Positions 18,592 to 29,200 of a stretch of 64,000 nucleotides of DNA are shown here, one piece after another. The stretch is from a virus. Below the pieces are notes generated by a model. The model had not been told where the DNA came from and did not search any database. It saw nothing but the letters and a program-made list of their open reading frames with translations. Location: IMG/VR virus record IMGVR_UViG_3300047157_000174, positions 1 through 64,000 of that record; one strand, written 5' to 3'. The translations under genes and the position numbers were made by a program. Numbering within the stretch: the stretch's first letter is position 1; each line of letters starts with the position of its first letter.

Positions 18592-20166
18592 ATGAATAAT
18601 ATTGATAATAATTTTAATGAAGATGAATTACTAGAAGAAGCAATGAGAAATCAGTTTAATGAAACGATAAATACAACATTAAGACTACCAAAAATAGTTG
18701 AAGAATATGCAGATAGTGCAATAGAGGTATCTAGAAATAATAGAGTACCCGCAATATTATCAGCCTATTCCTTACTAGGGCAGATTTGTAAAGAAATGGT
18801 TTACGTTCCAAAAGGAAGAGGAACAGAAGATGTTAGAGTTCACATTATTTGGCTACAAACAAGTGGTTCGGGTAAAAGTGAAATGTATAATTTTACAGGT
18901 AGAATAGCGCAGTATGTTTTTGATATCATTAATGGTAGACATAGAGATAATGTTGAAGCAGAAACCGCAGGTGAAAGACATAATAGATTTTCTATTCATG
19001 CCGTTAAGTCAACAACAGATGCAGCACTTATCGGTAAAATGAAAATGGAAGATGTCACTATTACTGATGATGACGGCAACACTACATACGAACAAATACC
19101 TAAACAACTATTTGGTGGTTTGGAAGGTGATGGTCTTTGTGTGTATGATGAGTTTGAGTATTCGGGTGTTTTCAAACCTACACAACATAAACAAGAAGTT
19201 GTAATGTATTTGAATACACTAATGAATACTCTAGCAGGTCAAAATTATAGAATAACAAAACAATTAGCAGAAGGTGGAGAAATGTATTGTGATAGCAGAC
19301 GTTCTATTTACGCTACATCCTATATTCCTAAAACACTAACTAGTGTTATAGCAGAAACAGGATTGCTGCAACGTTGTCTTATCTATATTAGAGAAGTTCC
19401 TATAAGTGAACAGAACGCTGTAAGAGAAACTTTGAGTAATGATTATGGTAGGATTATAGATACACAAACACCAATCAATAAGTTTGGTGATGCATTTGTG
19501 GAAATCTATGAATGTCTTAAAGAGAAGTACGATTCTGTTCCATTGGTAGTTAATGATAATATGTCAGAAGAACAGATTAGAGAAGCAGAAGTAATCAGAA
19601 GAAAGAAAGTAATCACGTTTTCTAAAGGTGTAAACGATACAATAACAAACGAGACAATTAAGTTTCAGAACTTTGTACATGATAGCCGACCTGCTGTAAT
19701 TGAGATAGCAAATAATTTTATTACTAGAATGCAAGTAAGTATGGTTAGACTAGCAGTTCTTTCTTGTATTGCAGAAGCACCTAAATTACCAAAGAAAGAT
19801 AGATTCAAACTAACTAGTAAACACGTTTTACAAGCATCTCATGTAACCCAACAATGTTATAAATCTCTTGTATTGTGGTTAGATTCAGCCCTAAGAGCCG
19901 AAAGACTATCTTCTGCCAAGAAACAAAAGTTAGATGTATTTACAAAAGAGTATAAAAAATTAGTAGAAAATGGAAAATCAGTAAGCATAGAAGGACAGAC
20001 AGGAGAGTGGATAAATAAATCTGTACTATTAGAAACAGTAAGATTAGTAACCAATGCATCACCTGCAACAGTATATAGGAACTACAAATCTAATAAGGAG
20101 TATTTTGACGAAATAAGACACAACAAAACTAGATTTGTAAATATAAAAAGGAGAGGAATAAAATGA
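18592..20166 (+). CDS. MCM-like AAA+ replicative helicase
   Basis: Walker A QTSGSGKSE, STTDAALIG, Walker B CVYDEFE, GLLQR, and a C-terminal wHTH-like SPATVYR. Confidence 0.7.
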   Translation: MNNIDNNFNEDELLEEAMRNQFNETINTTLRLPKIVEEYADSAIEVSRNNRVPAILSAYSLLGQICKEMVYVPKGRGTEDVRVHIIWLQTSGSGKSEMYNFTGRIAQYVFDIINGRHRDNVEAETAGERHNRFSIHAVKSTTDAALIGKMKMEDVTITDDDGNTTYEQIPKQLFGGLEGDGLCVYDEFEYSGVFKPTQHKQEVVMYLNTLMNTLAGQNYRITKQLAEGGEMYCDSRRSIYATSYIPKTLTSVIAETGLLQRCLIYIREVPISEQNAVRETLSNDYGRIIDTQTPINKFGDAFVEIYECLKEKYDSVPLVVNDNMSEEQIREAEVIRRKKVITFSKGVNDTITNETIKFQNFVHDSRPAVIEIANNFITRMQVSMVRLAVLSCIAEAPKLPKKDRFKLTSKHVLQASHVTQQCYKSLVLWLDSALRAERLSSAKKQKLDVFTKEYKKLVENGKSVSIEGQTGEWINKSVLLETVRLVTNASPATVYRNYKSNKEYFDEIRHNKTRFVNIKRRGIK

Positions 20167-20408
20167 GTAATAAAACATATGAACATACATTTCAAATGTA
20201 TAATGTAAAAGATGGCCCGAAAGTAATGATTGAAGCACTAAACACGTTAGGACAACAAGGTTGGGCTTTAAGCACAGTAATGAATATAGGAACTGATAGA
20301 TTAATCGCTTTCTTAGTAAGAGACACAACTAAAGAAGCACCTAATCCACAAAAAGCAGACCAAGATAAAATTACTGCTTTGTGGTCTGCAACAGGTGATG
20401 AAGAGTGA
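20163..20408 (+). CDS. DUF4177-like small protein
   Basis: YEH...LNTLGQQGWAL. Confidence 0.6.
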   Translation: MSNKTYEHTFQMYNVKDGPKVMIEALNTLGQQGWALSTVMNIGTDRLIAFLVRDTTKEAPNPQKADQDKITALWSATGDEE

Positions 20409-20480
20409 TACCATATAGAAAAAAAATGTGGTTCGAAAGAATTTTTGATATATTAAAATCAACCGGAGAGGATGATTCAG

Positions 20481-21083
20481 ATGGCGACTAATGTTTTAGC
20501 AATTGATTTAGAAACAAAAAATATGTCTCACGAAATTGGTGGTTGGGAAAACACCCATATGTTTCAAGTATCAACAGTTTGTACTTGGGATGGGGATGTA
20601 GGTACTATCTATATTGACAAATCAGTAGATGATTTGAAAAAATCTAATGTAATTATCAAACCATTATCAGAATTAAAATTCGATTTAGAAAAACATTTTG
20701 ATAACGGTGGAAAATTACTAGGACACAATATACGAAACTTCGATTTACCTGTTTTGAAAAACGCAATGGATATTTATTGTATCAGAAAATACCTAGATAA
20801 TCCTGAATCATATATTGATACTAGCGCAATACTTTCTAAAGAATACGGTGAAAGATATTCTCTTTCTAATTTAGTTCAACATACACTTGGTTCTGATAAA
20901 TTAATGGATAGCGCAGATGCACCAAAGATTTGGAAAACAGGAGGTTACTCTCAAGTTGCTGAATATTGTTTGAAAGATTGTGAATTAGTTTATGATTTGT
21001 GGAAACACGGTGTTGAGAACCAAATAGTTAAAGGCTTCTCCCTTGAAGAAGCAATTGAGAAAGATTTGGAGGTGATGTGGTAA
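20481..21083 (+). CDS. DEDD 3'-5' exonuclease (RNase H-like, YprB-like)
   Basis: AIDLET, GHNIRNFDLP, YCLKD. Confidence 0.85.
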   Translation: MATNVLAIDLETKNMSHEIGGWENTHMFQVSTVCTWDGDVGTIYIDKSVDDLKKSNVIIKPLSELKFDLEKHFDNGGKLLGHNIRNFDLPVLKNAMDIYCIRKYLDNPESYIDTSAILSKEYGERYSLSNLVQHTLGSDKLMDSADAPKIWKTGGYSQVAEYCLKDCELVYDLWKHGVENQIVKGFSLEEAIEKDLEVMW

Positions 21084-21244
21084 TGGCTTTAAGTGCAACA
21101 TCTATTGCTATTTGGATTGTTTTTATAATTATGATTTCATTATTATTTTTTGCAGCCTTTGGCAATAGTAAATATTCAGAAGATACTATTGAAGAGTATA
21201 TGACGAACCTAATAAATGAGGAACAAAAACGTGGCTCTAGTTGA
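21083..21244 (+). CDS. 53-aa single-TM protein (not in ORF track)
   Basis: TAATG overlap; MALSATSIAIWIVFIIMISLLFFAAFG. Confidence 0.6.
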   Translation: MALSATSIAIWIVFIIMISLLFFAAFGNSKYSEDTIEEYMTNLINEEQKRGSS

Positions 21245-21368
21245 GGTATGTAACTTCTGTAAAGAAGAGACTATACCAAGACGGATTCGTGGGGTCTATG
21301 TTGGTAGTCTTGATGAAATCAAGATTTGGCAATGTAGAAAATGTAAGGCTTTGTGGTCGAATAATTAA
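21231..21368 (+). CDS. 45-aa Zn-ribbon protein (not in ORF track)
   Basis: GTG start; CNFC...IWQCRKC. Confidence 0.6.
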   Translation: MALVEVCNFCKEETIPRRIRGVYVGSLDEIKIWQCRKCKALWSNN

Positions 21369-21389
21369 TTTTATTCGGCCATGAGGCTG

Positions 21390-21468
21390 CTTTTTTTTTG
21401 TAATTTTTTTTAGACATTTTTATTTAAATTAGTATTTTTATTTTTTTTAAGAATAGTATTTTTTTTTG
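21390..21468 (+). terminator. Oligo-T tracts, probable archaeal-type terminator of the replication operon
   Basis: Several T7-T10 runs right after the last coupled plus-strand gene. Confidence 0.55.
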
Positions 21469-21590
21469 TAAAGAGCAATTCTGAGAGTATATAAACTGTG
21501 CAGAATTTGTATTTTAACATAAAAAATACCGCAATGTAAATTAACTACTTGGTGTTAGAACTACACTAGAGTGAAGCGGGTTTGTCAACA

Positions 21591-21943
21591 GTGGAAATTA
21601 ATCAATCAATTATAGAAGGTTTAACCCACTTAGATTTAGACTTCGCTATGTTTTTTGTAAATACTTTTTTTGTAATCGTATCGCTACAAATGACTCACTT
21701 ATTTTATGTATTATGGGAGGAAAAAAGATATGAAAGAAAGAACACATCACAATGGTAAATGTAAGTGGATGACCGATTTTATGGAGTCATTGAAAGATAT
21801 AGAAGTTGAGTAAAATGAATGAAGATTATTGGGAAGCACAAATAGAAGGTTTTGAAAATCAATTCAAGAAACCAATTTGGAGAGACTACTTAGAAACTCA
21901 ACGTAAGTTATTAGATGAAGTATTTTCTTTAGGTTTAGATTAA
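21591..21943 (+). CDS. Three small ORFs (21591-21758 TM-containing; 21730-21813; 21815-21943)
   Basis: Tightly packed; GGAGG RBS before 21730; the last stop shares TTAA with the convergent minus-strand gene. Confidence 0.4.
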
Positions 21944-22245
21944 CAATCTACGCCTTCGGTAAAACCATCTTTGGTTTTTAAATCTTCATAGCATTGTTTA
22001 ATTATGTTGTATTGAGTTTTAGTAGCAGATTTGTTCATCAAAAAATTACCATTGAAACCGCCAACAGGAGATGCGTTGTCAGCATATGCTTCTGAGTTTG
22101 CGTATATTTTTCCATTATATTCAATTGAAAATTTATTATCTCCTTCAACATCTATTTCTTTATTACATCTAGTATCAATTATTACACATATTGCATCTCT
22201 GCATAATATTCCAAAGTTTGTATTGTAGTCAATTTCTAACGCCAT
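21940..22245 (-). CDS. Hypothetical virion-module protein
   Basis: Last gene of the late block; TATA-like TTATAAAAAG about 25-30 nt upstream. Confidence 0.55.
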   Translation of the reverse strand: MALEIDYNTNFGILCRDAICVIIDTRCNKEIDVEGDNKFSIEYNGKIYANSEAYADNASPVGGFNGNFLMNKSATKTQYNIIKQCYEDLKTKDGFTEGVDC

Positions 22246-22284
22246 ATTAATTTCCCCGTGTTGTTTTCTTTTTATAATTATTCC

Positions 22285-22542
22285 TTAAAACCAATTTTCC
22301 GTTTGAGGCCAATTATCAACAGCATCATTTGCTGTCTCATAATTTTCTGGTGCATCTCTTAACCATTGTCTAAAAGTAGTAATAGCATTTTGTTCTTCTT
22401 CTGTTAAAGAATTATATTTATCTGTTAACATATGAAAATCTGTTGCTAAAAGTGCAAGGTTTCTTGATTCTCTAAACTGTTCCCATGAAACATCATAGGG
22501 TACACCATCTTCTGTTCTGTATAATTGTGTTAATCTAATCAT
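22285..22542 (-). CDS. Tail fibre assembly chaperone-like protein
   Basis: RESRNLALLATD...FRQWLRDAP...WP pattern of the phage tail assembly chaperone family. Confidence 0.7.
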   Translation of the reverse strand: MIRLTQLYRTEDGVPYDVSWEQFRESRNLALLATDFHMLTDKYNSLTEEEQNAITTFRQWLRDAPENYETANDAVDNWPQTENWF

Positions 22543-23228
22543 GTTAATGTACTCCATACTGCTGTTTTGTTTCCCGAACCCGAACCTGAAAAACTTACAG
22601 ATGTTGCCGGAGAAGTTGAACCATTAACCCACATAGCAAACCCATTACTAACACCTACGTTTCCACCCGAACCTGTAATGTTAGGTATTCCTGTTCCAGT
22701 CCACCCTAAAACTTGAAAATTAGTACTACCGGAGTTTTGATTATTAGCCCAATTAGATGTTAGAATAGCATAATATTTTGAACTATCTAGTGTTAATGAT
22801 TGTCCACTCGCTACTGTCCAATCTTCTGAATTGTAGCCTGTTGAACCCGATGATGTAACAAACTTTGATGCCGCCCAAGTAGCCGTAGCAATTAGTGTTC
22901 CATTAGGACTACTATCTGTCAACACACTATCTGCTAATTCATACAGTGCGGCAGTAAGTCCTGTTCCCGCACTACCGGATGCTAATGTATTAATATATAT
23001 CCATGCCTTATCTAAAGTTTTATTTTCTAAGAAACTTACTAAATTACCATAAGCCCAATAAGCATTCATGCTTGGGGCAGTTGTAATATTGCTAGCAGCA
23101 CCATTCATCATTGGAACTCTATTTGAAGTTGGAAACTTAAAACCTGCACCATCTGTATTTGCACCACCGCCTGTTCCATCATCTACTGTTCCATCACTCT
23201 TTCTTCTTCTGAATGCTTGTCTACCCAT
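22539..23228 (-). CDS. Putative virion beta-sandwich / receptor-binding accessory protein
   Basis: G/S/T/N-rich beta protein downstream of the giant fibre; GGTGA RBS. Confidence 0.5.
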   Translation of the reverse strand: MGRQAFRRRKSDGTVDDGTGGGANTDGAGFKFPTSNRVPMMNGAASNITTAPSMNAYWAYGNLVSFLENKTLDKAWIYINTLASGSAGTGLTAALYELADSVLTDSSPNGTLIATATWAASKFVTSSGSTGYNSEDWTVASGQSLTLDSSKYYAILTSNWANNQNSGSTNFQVLGWTGTGIPNITGSGGNVGVSNGFAMWVNGSTSPATSVSFSGSGSGNKTAVWSTLT

Positions 23229-23239
23229 ATTTAATCACC

Positions 23240-26200
23240 TCATGGATGGCATACTGCGTGTATGCTACCTGCTAATGTTCTTGTTGCTCCTTGTGTATTC
23301 TTAAATCTTATGCGGATATTATTACTATTAATATCAACTTCTATTTCTCCTATTGGCGCAGCACCATCATAAATAATACCGTATTCTGTAAAGTTAGCGG
23401 CTGAACCATCATAATGACACATCACATCCATTGTCTGCACTTCATTAGACGAAGAATCTGTAATATGAACTGATGCTTTGATTGCCTTAAAGTTAGCATG
23501 GGGAACTGCTAGTAATGTAATATAGTTATTATTAGCAGTACTTGTTGCACCCACTACATTACCTAATGTTTTAATTCCGCTAGGATTATGAGTTAAACCA
23601 CCGTAACCGCCTGTACCATCTACTGATACTACATCAGTTTGTGTACCATTAATAGCGACATTCAAGAACATAGTACCATCGTGTGAACCATTACCAACGG
23701 TTGTGGATTCTTGTCTTATGCTTCCGTATGCTCTAGGATTTCCACCAACATCTTCACCATTTAATTCTATTTTACCTAATACATCATTAGCAAGAGGGGA
23801 AGCAGTATTTCTATACAAAGTTAAAACAGGGCCATTAGTGGCATCTGATTCATTATCCACAAGTAACAATGTTTTAGTGGTGTCTGAATCGTCATTAATT
23901 ATTGTAACTACACCGTTTGCAGGTAATGGTTGAGTACCTGTACCAACTTCTAATGCTGTGGGAATATCTACTGCACCTGTTGAAGCACCTGTTATCCAAG
24001 TAACACCACCATCACCAGAACTTATTGATAACTGACTATCACCTGTTGCACTTGCTACATCAGCCGCACCAATTACTACGTTAAAATCTCCGCTAGTGAT
24101 ATTATTTCCAGCAGTTTGTCCTAATGCTATGTTCTTCGCGCCTGATGTAATACTTTGTAATGAACTTGTGCCTATTGCTGTGTTATAATTAACGTCATTA
24201 CCTGTTGCGGCACTCATAGAGTGTGTGCCTATTGCTACGTTGTAGTCTCCGTCATTATTTATTTGACTCATTGTATTAAAGCCTGTTACTATGTTATAAC
24301 TACCCGACCTTAAACCTCCACCTGAGTTTTGTCCTATAACAGTATTATATGTACCATCCGTTGCTCTAAAGTAAGAGTAAGAACCTATTGCCGTGTTATG
24401 ATTTCCTTCGATTAATGCTGTCGCAGAATTATAACCTATTGCTGTGTTGTTATCTCCCGATGTTAAAGCATCAAGCGTGTAATTCCCAATTGCTACTGTG
24501 TATTCTGCACCTGCTACTGAACCACCTAAAGCATCATAACCTATTGCTATGTTATCTGATTCTGATGTAGCACCATCATAAGACTGACCTCCAATACCAA
24601 TATTTCTATTTCCTGTGGTAATGTTCATCCCTGAATTTTTACCAAACATTAAGTTTGAAGAACCACTCTCCAACTCCCTTAATGAAAAAGCACCCATTCC
24701 GATGTTGTAGTCTCCTGACGTTATATCATATCCAACGAAACTTCCTATGCCGATGTTGTATGTTGCACCACTAAGATTACTACTTGATAAAGCCATAGAG
24801 CCTATCGCAATGTTGTGTGCTTCTGTTGTAACCCCATAACCCGCCCCTTCACCAATGAATACTGAACCTGCACCGGATGTTAGATTAGTTCCGGCAACCG
24901 CACCAATAACAACAGCATTTGTAGCGGTCATGTTTCTTCCCGCATCTGCACCAATAGCAACTCCTTGCGCTACTGCTGTTGTGCTGTCCATTGCACGATA
25001 ACCAATAGCGACAGACTTGTAGCCCGTAGTGAAAGATTTCATTGCATTAAATCCAAGTGCGACATTTGATGAACCACTTGCTACTACGGATAAAGCATCT
25101 TTTCCAATTCCAACATTTGAATGTGCATTACTTAAAGTTCCATGTGGGGGGGCTGCACCATCAGGAGAAATTAGAATACTGTCTGTAAAGTTAGTAATAT
25201 TAGAAATTACATCTGTTAAACCATTGAGAGCAGTAGCACCACTACTACCACTACTACCTGTTGAAGCAGCAGTTAATCTCCCTTGTGCGTCAACAGTAAT
25301 ATTAGCGTTAGTGTAAGAACCCGCAGTAACAGCAGTATTTGCTAATTGGTCTGAACCTATACCATCATCAGCAACCTTGAAAGTTAAATCAAACTCATCT
25401 CCATCAGCACCACTATCTGTATCTGTAAAATTAATATCTAAACCATTGCCTTCAACAAATCTTAATTGCCTACCATGTGCAATAAGCACTTCTGTATCGT
25501 CAGCATCTTGAACTGTAAATACTGTTTGCGCCCCATTGTAATTACTCGAATGAATTGTTCCCGCATTAGCACCCGTCCAATCAATTACTCCACCGCCACT
25601 AGGTATAGTAGGAGTTCCACTAATTTGAGAGTATGCTATTGTAGCCCAAGCCGCAGTTCCACTTACACCTGAATACGTTAAAAATTGGTCAGCAGAACCA
25701 AGTGTCGGAATATGCTTATTACCTGCTGTTGTTGGGTGAGTATAAACAGTATCAGCAGTTCCCGACAATACACCACTACTAATTGTTAAATTAGAACCAA
25801 CTTTAATACCTCCTAAAACAGTTGAAGAGGCTGTTGGGAGAGAGTAAACAGTATCAGTATTAACACTAGAAATATCCAAAGTTTGATTAGTTCCTCCGGT
25901 TACAGTTGCCGTTATAGTTGAACCACTAAGAGATAATCCCGATAAAAATTTATTAGTATCAGTATTAATTGATGCTATATCTAAAGTTTGATTAGTTCCG
26001 CCCGTTACTGCGGCAGTTATGGTAGTTCCACTAAGGGATAATCCCGATAAGAACTTGTTAGTATCAGTTGATGTAATAACTCCTGTTGTTGAATTATAAG
26101 ATGAATTACCACTAGCAGATATTTTACCTCTTACATCTGCTGTTGATAGTTGAGTGTTTTGAGTAGGGATTGTAAAATCACCCGCACTAACAGGTAATGT

Positions 26201-29200
26201 TATTGTAACATCAGTAGTAGTAGGATTATCAGCAGTAAGTAATACTTCATATGTATTGCCATCACCTGCTCTAAATGCTAATGTATTATCTTCTACAATT
26301 TGTATCGTTTCATTACTATATGTTGTATCTCCTGTTACCACTAAATTACCTGCAATAGTTATTGTATCGTTTGAATCACCAAAGTTTACAGCACCCAAAT
26401 TAGAATCAAGAGCATTCTTTAAATTAGCAACAGAAACATCATCAATAGGAGTTGTAGCATCTATAATATCTGTTAATACTGTATTAAGAGATAGGAACTT
26501 ATTTGCGCCAATTGCAGTTAGCCTCAATCCACTACCTGAAAAATTAGAATTACCAGAATTAGCAGTATCAGCATTAATTCTTATAGTTTCTATACCCGCA
26601 TTAGAAACATCTGTATTACCTGCAAATGTTAGATAATTACTTCCACCACTTACTATTGTTAAATCCGAAGCCGTAATATTTCCCGAAGCCGCCGCACCCA
26701 AAGAAGTTCTAGCAGTAGATGTTGTTTCTAAAACAAAGTTTGTTCCATCACCAACAATAATTCCTCCATCTGTTACAGCCAAACCTGCTATATCTGCTAA
26801 ACGTGCATGGTATGCTTGAACGTCAGTTCCAATTTCTAAATCTAAAGCAGTTCTCATTTCAGCCGCAGTTAATCCTTCTAGTGTAGTTGAATTAGCATTA
26901 GAAGCCCCTGTAAATCTAGGGAAGTCTAATCCTTGAGGAATATTTCCTGAACTTGCCGCCGCAAGAGAACCTGTTAAGCCACTACCATATTCAGAAGGAA
27001 CAGGAATAGAAACATAAGTAGAGCCGTCATTTGTAAATTTCCATCTTCCCGCACTTGTATCATATACAAGTGATTTGTGAGCAATATCACCACTATTGGT
27101 TTTACCCGCTTCAACTTCTATACCATAGTAATCACTTAAAGTTCCACTAATAACATTTACATTAGCATCCTTCTTTCCGATTAATATTACATTATCGTTA
27201 ACTTCTAAATTAGAAGCAGAACCTCCAAAGGTAACATCACCCGCTACTGATAAAGCACCTCTCAAACTTATAGTGTCTCCCGCATCAGCACCAATGAATA
27301 ACGTTTCATCATTATTAACACCGCTTGCTGATTCTAAATTACTTAATGCTGTTCTTAAATTGTCATTAGAAACACTAACATCTGTATTAGTAATTTTATC
27401 ATCGTTTGCCGCTACTCTATTTTGTAATTTACCAAATGCCTCTAATATAGTATCGCCAGTAGCAAGCGCACCACCCGAAGTAGCATTTAATCCTGTTAAT
27501 ACTTTACCGATTACTCCGGCATTACTTAAGTTAGTATCAGTTACCGTTTCTGTTGCAGTTGTTAGTGCTGTTATATGCCCGTTACCATCTAATGTAAGAT
27601 TTTGAATATAGGTTCTTCCACTGTTACTAGTAGTGCTTGCGGCAGTAATTGTTGGGTGTGCAGTTAAATATGTGCTAGTATCAACAGTGTAACTACCTGC
27701 GCCTGTTCTTTTCAATAATCCATTATTAGTAAAATCTCCATCCATCAACGCCCCTGCCGCCGCTACATTAGTTGCATCAGTAATATCAGCACCGTTTTCT
27801 ACATTGTTTAAACCTAACATTGTCGTTACTTCTGACTTAGTTAAAGCAATTGGAATGCCCGTTGCAGAAACACGATTACTACCTAAAATAGTTCCCGCGC
27901 CAATATCCTCCATTTTTGCTAAAGTCAACGCACCACTAGCAATCATACCTGCCGCTACTTGAACTTCTGATACAGCCCCATCTGCACTTGAACTTCCTAA
28001 TAATCTATTTGCAGTAGCAACGTTTTGTATCTTAGCATAAGTTACTGCATCATCTGCAAGAGAAAAATTATTTGCGTTTTCTGCTATATTATCTAATTTG
28101 TCGTGATGTGCAGTTGACATTAGCCCTGCTACTAAATTTGTTGCTTCCGAATAAGTAGTATCTTGTGTTGGTATTGTAAATGTAGCATTAGGAATTGTTA
28201 CTATTCTATTTTCAGTTGGGTCTGTAATTCTTAATGTAGTAGTCTTAGCATCAGCAGGTGTTGCAGTATCATAAGTAAATACTAAAGCATCTTGAACATC
28301 TATTTCTGTTTTATTTAAAGTAGTAGTTGTTCCATTAACAGTTAAATCTCCTGTTATTGTCAAGGCATTATTAACTGTAACTAAACCTGCACCTGCTGTT
28401 CCTAAAGAATAAGACGCTACATCATTTAACAATGCAGTTATTTCAGAAGCAGTTTGGTCGCCTGTTGCACCATTTTCTATTGTTGATGTTCCCTCACCAA
28501 TTCCTATTATTGTCCGAAGATTTGCGGCTGTTAACTCTTCAATATTACCTGCACTAGTTGATATTCTTCCTAATACTCTACTTGTAGCAGAAACATTTTG
28601 CATTTTAGCATAAGATACTGCGTCATTAACTATATTATGTGTTGATATTTGACCTACTGAATAATCACCTGCATTTGTTCCTCTAAACATTATCCCTGCA
28701 CCAGTAAAATCCCCATCAACTAATACATCTGCGTGTGAAGTTTGAGAAGTTAGATATGTGTTTGTATCTAAACTAGTGCTTAATGTTCCATTTGTATTTG
28801 TTAGTTTTAATAACCCATTAGTGTTATTGCTAGGATTTGTAGTAGCAACTATTTTTTCACCAATTGTAGTTACACTATTTAGTATGTCAAAATGAGTAGA
28901 TGTCAATAACCCTGCCGCACTTGTTGTTGCGGCTGAATATGTAGTATCTGTATTGGGATTATCAACTAAAGTGAAAGTGGTAGTGCCATTAGCGGCAGTA
29001 GCCAAGTTTACGAACTTAGTTGTTACTCCTGATAATGGTGTTGATGGAACAGAAGGCCATGTTACAGCACTTGATAAATCATTAGTTTCAGAAGTTAGAT
29101 AATTAGCGTTATATGCTTGAACATCTGTTCCAATAACTAATCCTAATGATGTAGCCGATATATTACTATTCAATACTGATGAGGGAACTGTCCCTGTTAA

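Noticed and set aside
1607-20328. Minus-strand ORFs within the replication block (e.g. 6364-6795, 18120-18539)
   Set aside because: Antisense to well-supported genes, with no motifs of their own.
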